Assembly (NCBI GenBank): GCA_038087875.1
Contig: CM075990.1
Span: 8,620,001-8,684,000 of the forward strand
DNA length: 64,000 nucleotides
DNA from: Malacoraja senta
Lineage: Eukaryota
Direction of reading: 5' to 3'
The notes beneath the pieces were generated by a model. That model was not told the origin of the DNA, made no database searches, and worked only from the letters and a program-made list of their open reading frames with translations. Made by a program: the position numbers and the translations under genes. This document shows positions 55,163 through 64,000 of the stretch, piece after piece. The stretch's first letter is position 1. The number at the start of each line of letters is the position of its first letter.

Positions 55163-55324
55163 ATATCCAACCTGTACCTGTACGATAGTGTCCTATTGTT
55201 GGCTGGAGCCTTCCACAAAAAACTAGAGGACCGGAAGTGGCACAGCATGGCAAGTCTGAACTGCATGAGGAAGTCCACAAAGTCTTGGAATGGAGGGAGA
55301 TCCATGCTGGACACCATTCGAAAC
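55163..55324 (+). CDS. GRID1: GluD1 exon (exon 7 equivalent), amino-terminal domain
   Basis: ctgcag| ... |gtaagt; 162 nt, phase 0/0; [54 protein letters not shown]. Confidence 0.95.
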
Positions 55325-57374
55325 GTAAGTGAAGCTGAAAAGGTGAGAGTGTTCAATATAGACAGTGGTTAGGAGAGAGACACAAAATGCTGGAGTAACT
55401 CAGCGCGTCAGGCAGCATCTCTGGATAGAAGGAATAGGTGACGTTTCGGGTCGAGACACTTCTGGCTGGCTATCAGGATATCCAGGGACATTCCAAGTCG
55501 CCCATTGAATGGTCCCATCATGAGAGTTATCAATCCCAGTTTCTTTTCCTTGTATTTAACTACCAGAAAAAGAACTTGTGTAGGAGGGAAGTGCAGATGC
55601 TGGTTTAAACCGAAGATAGACACAAAAAGCTGGAGTAACTCAGCGGGACAAGCAGCATCTCCGGATAGAGGAATGGGTGATGTTTCGAGTCGAGACCGTT
55701 CTACAGACAAGTAAATGCCGTGCTAAGCTCTTCCTCTATTTATTCCATTTATATCAACTTCCCTCTTGTTTTCCCCTCCCCATTCCATCAGCATCTTCCT
55801 TTGGTCCATCCTGATTCCACACTCCTCTCCACTGAATCTTGCCTGGGGTATATAGGCACTGAAGACATACTGTAGGGCCTCCAGCTAAATCCTAGTGTGT
55901 GGTGCATGCTAACGATAAAAAGCACTTTGCTTCTTCAGCGCGGAAACCCTAGTACAGGGGAAATTAAATCACAGAATTTCCCGAAGGGTCCCGACCCAAA
56001 ACATTGCTCATCCATGTCCTTCAAAGATGGTGCCTGACCTGCTGAGTTACTCCAGCACTTTGTGCACTAGACAGAATCTCAGCACTACTTCGTAAATGGG
56101 TCTGATGAAGCCAAAATACGCCAGAGAATTAACCAGTCGTTAATTGCACGATGATCTGTTTAAAATCTCAATAACAACCAAAGACACTCTGTTGCGAGGG
56201 ATGCTTGTCTATTTTGAAGGCAGTAGATTTTCACCCAATACCATTTTAATGCAGAAGTGACTTAGCTGCATTGTAGTTGTTTGATGGAGCTGCGTTTTTA
56301 GCTCAAAAGCTGCCTTGCCACCAATTATAGTGGACCCCGCCACTAATTTGGAACGGTGGTATAGTTTAATTTTAGTTTAGAGATACAGCGAAGAAGCAGG
56401 CCCTTTGGCCCACCGACACCACGTCGACCACCAACACTATCCTACACACACTAGGGACAATTTACAATTTTACCAAGCCAATTAGCCCACAAACCTGTAT
56501 GTCTTTGGAATGTGGGAAGAAGCCGGAGCACCCGGAGAAAACCCACGAGGTTTCGGGGAGAACACATAAACTCCATACAGATAGCACCCGTAGTCAGGAT
56601 CGAAACCAGAACGTTGGCGCTGGAAGGCAGCAACCCTACCACTAGTACTTTCATCCCACAAGGTAGTTTCTGCGGCAGAAACCTGGCTTGAAACTGCACA
56701 GAGAGATGTTGCGCCATGTACTTTCCTATTGACTATTGAATGGTGAACCCACACTAAAGTGTACTGTGTCATGGAATCTCCAGAATCGTTCTTTGCAATT
56801 AAGTTTAGACTTTGTTGGAGATAATACCAAAGAAGCATTCTCATCATGTTACTCTTCAACCAATGTCACCCACAGCCACCTCTTACATTCTTGCGCAATT
56901 ACCTCAAACGCATTGACCCCCTCAATTCCATCTCTCCATTTGCCTCAATATCTCTCCATCTCCCTCAATCTCTTCTTCACTATTATTGAAATCCTTGTCA
57001 CAATCCTTTCATCATCATCGTCTTGTGCAATATTTTCTGCCTGGTATCCAAACTCTATTACTATTTGGTTGGGTACTTACTCTTCACATCATTTTAATTT
57101 CTCATCCCTTTCATTTTTTTTAGCTTGCCCACTTCTTCTTCCTCGCCCCCACCAATTACCCTTTATAATCATAAATATGTCAATTAGTTCACCTCCAGCT
57201 GTTTTCTTATAGAGCAGAAATAACAATTTTTCTTGTTTTGATAGTCGAGTTTCAGCGAGGGAATTTCATGTTTCTTCGTGGAATTATGGGCTGATTTCTT
57301 GGCAACTTCCAGAGAAATCCAATGGTCCATTAAAGTACCGTATTGAGGAAGACATTCTTTCTTGCACTGTTGTA

Positions 57375-57850
57375 GGCCCCCCTCGGTCATGACTGACTAT
57401 GGGTGATGCATCCTAGTTGTTGGCTGCTTGCTCCAAACCTCGGCTAGAGCAGCAGGTGATGTGTGGTCGGATGCAAGCCTGGGCGATGTCATATGGAGGA
57501 CAGGCTGTTGCCCATGCAGCACGTCCCCCCTCTCCACATCGCTGATTGATCCAAAGGAACAGCAGGGCCGTTACAGTTTGGCACCAACGCCGTCGCAGGA
57601 GCTGCCAGAGCGAGGTTGTAGACAACGACGAACTGCCTTAGGGGCTCCGACTCCGGATTTTCTTGAGGTTTACTCCTGGAGCCTTTTCCATGACTGGATA
57701 TGGCCACAAGGCAGTGGAGGTTTTAAATCAGAGTTTTCCCTCTCCTAGATGGACTGCCATTCCAGCCTGATGAGCCCCATCTGCCCGAGACTCGTGGGGG
57801 CGGGAGCGTCTACCTTCCCGTGCAGGTCTATAGCACCTGCCCACTGCCCA
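57375..57850 (-). mobile_element. Short interspersed element, probably RTE-derived (copy 2)
   Basis: Second copy of 8245-8653 with two extra internal segments. Confidence 0.6.
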
Positions 57851-60800
57851 AATATAGTATTAACTATGTTTTTACATTTCCTGTTTTTGGGACTGCATGA
57901 CAGGCTAATTGTACAATCCCCTCTCCTATTTTCTTCCATTTTATCTATTCTAACTCACCTTATCCTCTTCACATTCACAATAATACTTTATTAGCCAAGT
58001 ATGTTTTGCAACATATGAGGAATTTCATTTGCCAAGTCAGTCATACAAATAAAAAGCAATGGAACACACAAAACACATTTTAACATGAACATCCACCACA
58101 GTGACTCCTCCACATTCCTCACTGTGATGGAAAGTGAAAAAAAGTACAAATCTCTTCCCTTCTATGCTCTCCCGCGATCAGGGGCCTCGAGCCCTCCGTT
58201 GACGGGATGATCTTGACTCCTGTAGCCGGCGGCGTTTGGACCCTCCGCATCGGAGCGATCAGCTCCCGCATCAGGGGAATGTCAGATCCCCCGCGTCAGC
58301 GATCGGACCCCGGGTCGGGACTGGTCAAGCCTCTACATCGTAGAGCTTCCCGTCTTGGCCTCCCCCAACACTGTGAGCTCTTGATGGTAAGTCCGCAGGC
58401 CACGGTAGGAGTGACCAGCGATCCCTGCACATTAACACTATCTTATACACACTAGGGACAATTTACATATACAAGGCAATTCACCCACAAACCTGTACGT
58501 CTTTGGAGTGTGGGAGGAAACTGAAGATCTCGGAGAAAACAGACGCGGTCACGGGGAGAACCTACAAACTCCGTACAGACAACACCCGTAGTCAGAATTG
58601 AACCCGGGTCTCCAGCACTGCAAGCGCTGTAAAACAGCAACTCTACCGCTGCCCCACCAGGCCGCCCTCTTGCTAATCCCAATTATGGATTAATGGGCAG
58701 AGTTTTGGGAGGGGAATAAGAGACAGGAACTTCTGGGAAATTGGATTGGTATCTGATGTCCAGGATTATGGAGTCAAATGAAGACAAGCGTTTAACCTTT
58801 AAAATCTTGTAATGTGCGTGACTCTTTCACAAATACAACAGCTTTTGGGAGACAAATCAGACTGCAAATGACAGATTTTATGTGTGATCACAGATGGGCA
58901 GGTGGCAGATCATACAGGCATTTTGGAATGGTTATTACCTCATGATTATGCAAATAGTTTGCCATCCAGTGCCAAGTCATGTTTCAGCCATGGAAGAATC
59001 AGAATTTATTGTTTGCATGTGAGGTCCAATGTGTAGAAATTCCTATACTTATATGCTCACCGCCCAAACCATGACACAAATGATATGGATACAGAGAGTT
59101 GTGAGTCTGTGGAATTCTCAGCCACAGAGGGCGGTGGAGGCCGGTTCTCTTGACACTTTCAAGAGAGAGTTTGATAGGGCTCTTAAAGATAGCGGAGTCA
59201 GGGGATATGGGGAGAAGGCAGGAACGGGGTACTGATTGGGGATGATCAGCCATGATCACATTGAATGTCGGTGCTGGCTCGAAGGGCCGAATGGCCTACT
59301 CCTGCACCTATTGTCTATTGTCTAACTTGCATCCCAGTGTCCAATCCAGCAATAGCTAACATACCACCACATTCACTTTGGGGGGAAAAAGGGTTCTTAT
59401 GGATGGGATCAAATATATAAAATCACATCTATTTACTGCAGTGATGTTGAGTCATACGCAACCTGCAATTAGCTGATGGAAATTCACAAATGTACAAAAT
59501 TACAAGAGGTTTTAATATCAAGACTAGTGTTCAATTACTCAAAGATTTGTGTATGGTCCAATTAGTTTAGACTTGATTTGGCATAATACCATGCTGCCCA
59601 TTATGTCCACGCTGACCATCGAACACCCGTTCATATTCGTTCTGTGTTATCCCACTTCCACATCCATTCCCGTCAAGTTTGGGGCAATGTTATTTTTACA
59701 GTGGACAATTAACCTACAAACCCGCATGTCTTTGGGATGTGGGAGGAAGCCGGAGTACCCAGAGGAAGCCCATCGGGTTACCGGGAGAACGTGCAAACTC
59801 CACACAGACACACAGTGCCCAAAGTCAGTATCAAAGCCAGATCTCTAGCATTGTGGAGCAGCAGTTCCAACAGATGCGCCACTGTGCTGCCCATATTATT
59901 CCAACTTAACCAACCATCATTCCAGAAAGAAATCTTAGAAAGCAAAGTATACCAATGAGGCCAAGGCAAAATATTGCAGGCACAGAAGACTTTGGAAAAG
60001 GAACAATGAAATTCTCACCAAAATGTCAATAAAACATTTTTTATTCTTGACATCCTTAAAATATTCAGCAAGTTAAAGGCGACATCTGTGAAAAGGGAGA
60101 AACAGATTTAATGTTTCAAGTCACTGCCCTTATATTTGATCTGGATCATTTTGGATTTGCTATGATGGGAATGGAAAAGAGTTAGTAAAGGGTTTGCATT
60201 TATAAGTATTAGTAGCAGAATTATGCCATTCGGCCAATTAGTCTACTCCACCATTTAATCATAGCTGACCTATCTTACCTCTCCTGCCATTCTCCTGCCT
60301 TCTCCCCATAACACCTGACACCCGTACTAATCAAGAACCTATTAATCTCCATCTTAAAAAAAATATCCATTGACTTGGCCTCCACAGTCTTCTGTGGCAA
60401 TGAATTCCACAGATTCACCACCCTCTGACTAAAGAAATTCCTCCTCATCCCCTTTCTTCAGGTCTGTCCTTTTATTCTGAGGCAGTCGCCTCTGGTCCTT
60501 GACTCTCCCACTTGTGGAAACATCCTCTCCACATCCACTCTATCCAGGCCTTTCATATTTGTTAAGTTTCAATGAGGTCTCCCCCTCGTCCTAAACTCCA
60601 GCGAGTACAGGCCCAGTGCTGTCAAAGGATCCTCATATGTTAGGCTTGTTTTTATGACCTCAGGTTATCTTGTAGCAACTTACAGTCGGTGAAGTGCTTC
60701 CAAGTATAACCAATGCTGTATCCTTGGGATACAACGCAGCTAATGTACGCTTAACCAGGTTCTGAAGTGATACTTAGAAAAGTAACTGGTTAACCTGTTT

Positions 60801-61640
60801 CAGCGTTATAGGTTAAGAGAAAAAAAGCTGTCTATGATGCAATGTACTGTTTAGAAAGGGTGCTTGAGGGAAATGGTTTAGCTCATTATACTTCATGTAA
60901 TAGGAAGTGAGTGGATCTATCCGAAATCTTTTTAACCTGCTTAAAATTAAATTCTGCACTGAAACTCAGGCTAAAGGCTTACAGTGCAGGAAAAGAGCTT
61001 TTACCAGTATCTAGGTAGGCACAAAATGCTGGAGTAACTCAGCGGGACAGGCAGCATCCCTGGAGAGAAGGAATGGATGACGTTTTGGGTCAAGACCCTT
61101 CTTACCAGTCTCTGCTAGCCCTTTAATAGAACAATCCTGGATTAATCCCATGGCATTGGCCTCTCTCTCCATGGACCCAAACGGATGGATTTGATTCAAT
61201 CAATTGGATTATATATTGTAATATAGAATGGTTTTGTTCATTGAGATTCTGTACACAAAGAGCAATTATAGAACAATTTTGATTGAGTGGAGTTACATGA
61301 CTCATAGCAGTGTGCATTAAATTTGCCATTATCATCTTCCCTCTGAGGAAGATGACTCAGACTTATTTAAGGGTTATGAGTTGTATCGACTGGTGAAGAT
61401 CAGCGCACTGCATGAGGGTCTTCTGGTGGGTGGAGTGGAAACGGTATGAAGTTTGATATATTCATTCATGAAAATGTTCTCCTGCTGCATGGGCTTGGTC
61501 CGAAACCTTGTCCATCCATCTATACATCGCCCCGACCTGCAGCGTTCCTCCAGCAGTTTGTTATTTTAACTCCAGATTGCAGAATCTACAGCCCGTTGTA
61601 TCTTTATTCATGACTTATTGTAACCTCCGCTTCCCTCTAG

Positions 61641-61760
61641 GGTCAAATTACTGGTCTGACTGGAGCCCTGGCTTTTGTGAATGGTGTGTCTAACACCAAC
61701 ATTCATTTTGAAATCCTTGGCACCAGTTACAGTGAAACATTTGGAAAAGATGTTCGACGG
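61641..61760 (+). CDS. GRID1: GluD1 exon (exon 8 equivalent), end of amino-terminal domain
   Basis: ttccctctag| ... |gtaagt; 120 nt, phase 0/0; [40 protein letters not shown]. Confidence 0.94.
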
Positions 61761-62305
61761 GTAAGTACATCTTTTACCTTCTCTACCTTTTCTTTCTGCA
61801 CACAACTGCTGGAGCTGTGCATAAGGCAAGTAAGATATAAACTTCACAAACTAGATTCTAGAATGATAGCTTCCACATGGAAAGTGTTCCTCTCTCTGCA
61901 GGTTTTAATAGGTTAGTGTTATTTTCAAGGTCTGTTTGTGCTAATCTTCTCCAATACTTGTTATGATCTGTGGGGTGTTTTTGTTACGTTATTATCTGGA
62001 AACTCCATTGCTCCGCTCATCTGTGGAATAAGACCATGAGGCCCAGGGGCAGAATTTGGCCATTCAGCTCATCGCATCCTCTCTGCAATTCCATCATGGC
62101 TGATCGGATAAATAAATGCTTTTCTCAGTGAAGAACCTCCCTGGGGGCCACAGGACACGTGGACCCGAGCAATGATGTCCAGAAAAGGTTGCAACTGGAG
62201 AGTTAAATTGGAAGGAAACACACTCACAATTATATCGCATCTTTATGACCCTCAGGTTACCCAAAGTGCTTCACAGCCAACTGCGTATCTCCATAGTGTA
62301 GTCAG

Positions 62306-63219
62306 TAGGAAAGAACTGCAGATGCTGGTTTAAATTGGAGGCAGACACAAAATGCTGAAGTAACTCAGCAGGACAGGCAGCAACTCTGGAGAGAAGGAAT
62401 GGATGACGTTTCGGGTCGAGACCCTTCTTCAGTCGGAAGCCGAGACAACACTTCCCCTCTCTCCCATCTACTTCCCCATCTCATGTTTGCAGTCGGAAGA
62501 AGGGGCTCGACCCGAAGCGTCACCCATTCCTTCTCTCCAGAGATGCCGCCTGTCCCGCTGAATTATTCCAGCATTTTGTGTCTACCCTTCAAAGTGTTTT
62601 ATTGACAGTGTAAACCAGCATCTGCAGTTCCTTCCAGCACATGTAGTCAGTTGTGATAGGGCAAAGAGTAGCAAGCAACTTGAAAATAGCAAACTCCCTT
62701 AAAGCATTTAGTCTGTTCTCAGAGTTTTGGCAGAAGGATAAGCAAAGGTAAGGATACCAAGTTGACAATTTAAGATAGGTTTATTTACTAAATTTGGTCA
62801 CTATTTATAGACTCATGCCTACCCTTTTCTCTGATGCACTGGCCCTCGGTACTTTAACTCTTAAACGGAGAACTTCATATTCTAAACACTACCTGGCAAT
62901 ATTCACTGCATCCATTGAAGCTGAGAATGGCAGATCTCAGTCAGCCTTTGGGGATCAGAATTAGAACCGGGAGAGGGACAGGTATTTAGTGTTTGACGTG
63001 TAGGAAGGAACTGCAAATGCTGATTTAAACTGAAGATCGACACAAAAAGCTGGGGTAACTCAGCGGGTCAGACAACATCTCTAGAGAGAAAGAATAGGTG
63101 ACATTTTGGTTCGAGACCCTTCTTCAGACGAATGGTCTCGATCTGAAACGTCACCTATTCCTTTTCTCCATAAATGCTGACTGACTCGTTGAGTTACTCC
63201 AGCTTTTTGTGTTGATCTT
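62306..63219. mobile_element. Two inverted pairs of Penelope-derived terminal repeats
   Basis: ~62306-62434 vs ~62491-62636, and ~62998-63130 vs ~63133-63219, are reverse complements of the same short unit. Confidence 0.75.
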
Positions 63220-64000
63220 GTTTGGTGTTAGATGCAGTACAGACTAAGTGTTAGAGAATGGCTGGTCCAGTGTAGTGGCGTTGTAATACTCGGATTAAAT
63301 GGTAAATGTGACAGGCTCAAATTCACCGGCTTGGGCTGATCCTGCAGCCCAGTGAAGTCACCCTGGCTTTAGCTGACAGCATGTCCATCACTGAAAGCTC
63401 TCGGCTGATCAAACACCACACATCTCTGCAGTTTGACCATGTCCTTGGTACTTACAACCTGGGAGGCATAATACAGATGGGAGTATTCACCTCCCATTGA
63501 CCTGCTGACTCCCAAAACTTTCTTGGCTACTTTGGAGTGATTTCATAAACGACTAAAGGTTGATATCTAAGACTTGATTCATTCCAACCACTGACCTTTC
63601 ATGGAATTATGTTGGAATCAGTTATGAATGATTCCCTCTGCAGTGTGAGGTTGTGACCTCCAGCTCCGCCTGTTTCAACATGAAGCTATGGTCCACGTTT
63701 ATCTTCTCCAGGTCGTCTGCTCATATCAGGCTCATTCTCAGTGGTTTCTTCCAAGGTTGAACAGCACGACTTCTCCAGCTTGTTTCAATCCACAACATTA
63801 TCCAGTGTTGCTAATCATAAGAGTCATACAGCATGGAAACAAGCGCCTTTGCCCAACTTTCCCACGCAACCACAATACTCCATCTACACTTGTCCCACCT
63901 GGCTGCATTTGGTCCATATTCTTCTAAATGTATCCAATCCATGTCAAGAGTCAAAAGTGTTTTATATGCCCCAGATAGGACAATGACATTCTTGCTTGCT

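Noticed and set aside
57760..57800. Hammerhead-like CTGATGA...GAGA in the RTE-like repeat (also ~8565-8600)
   Set aside because: GAGA instead of GAAA, and no convincing stem II.
25125..61760. Assignment to GRID2
   Set aside because: [29 protein letters not shown] and [14 protein letters not shown] match recalled GluD1 better than GluD2.

Overview
Repeat-rich vertebrate genomic DNA, most likely a cartilaginous fish (skate/ray-like). This is inferred from the mix of HE1-type V-SINEs, HER1/CR1-type LINEs and Penelope repeats. The only host gene is a plus-strand delta-type ionotropic glutamate receptor, GRID1 (GluD1), seen as seven GT-AG exons. The exons are out of order: those equivalent to human exons 9-12 lie at 25.1-40.8 kb, then comes a 200-N gap (43579-43778), then exons 6-8 at 48.7-61.8 kb. 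Mis-scaffolding is the most likely cause, but a real duplication or rearrangement is not excluded. The best non-gene structure is a three-level nest at 11.7-15.2 kb: a CR1 fragment is interrupted by a small non-coding DIRS-type element with ITRs and a near-perfect circle-junction ICR, which in turn carries a decayed Buster/Charlie hAT transposon. Also present are Penelope-derived repeats with minimal hammerhead cores, two Harbinger-type MITEs sharing TIRs, a possible Helentron-like element, a locally templated 187-bp insertion, a (TG)n tract abutting a GRID1 splice acceptor, and large microsatellites. Human exon numbers, sizes and residue numbers are from memory; no database search was run. 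Repeat boundaries are approximate unless TIR or TSD positions are given.
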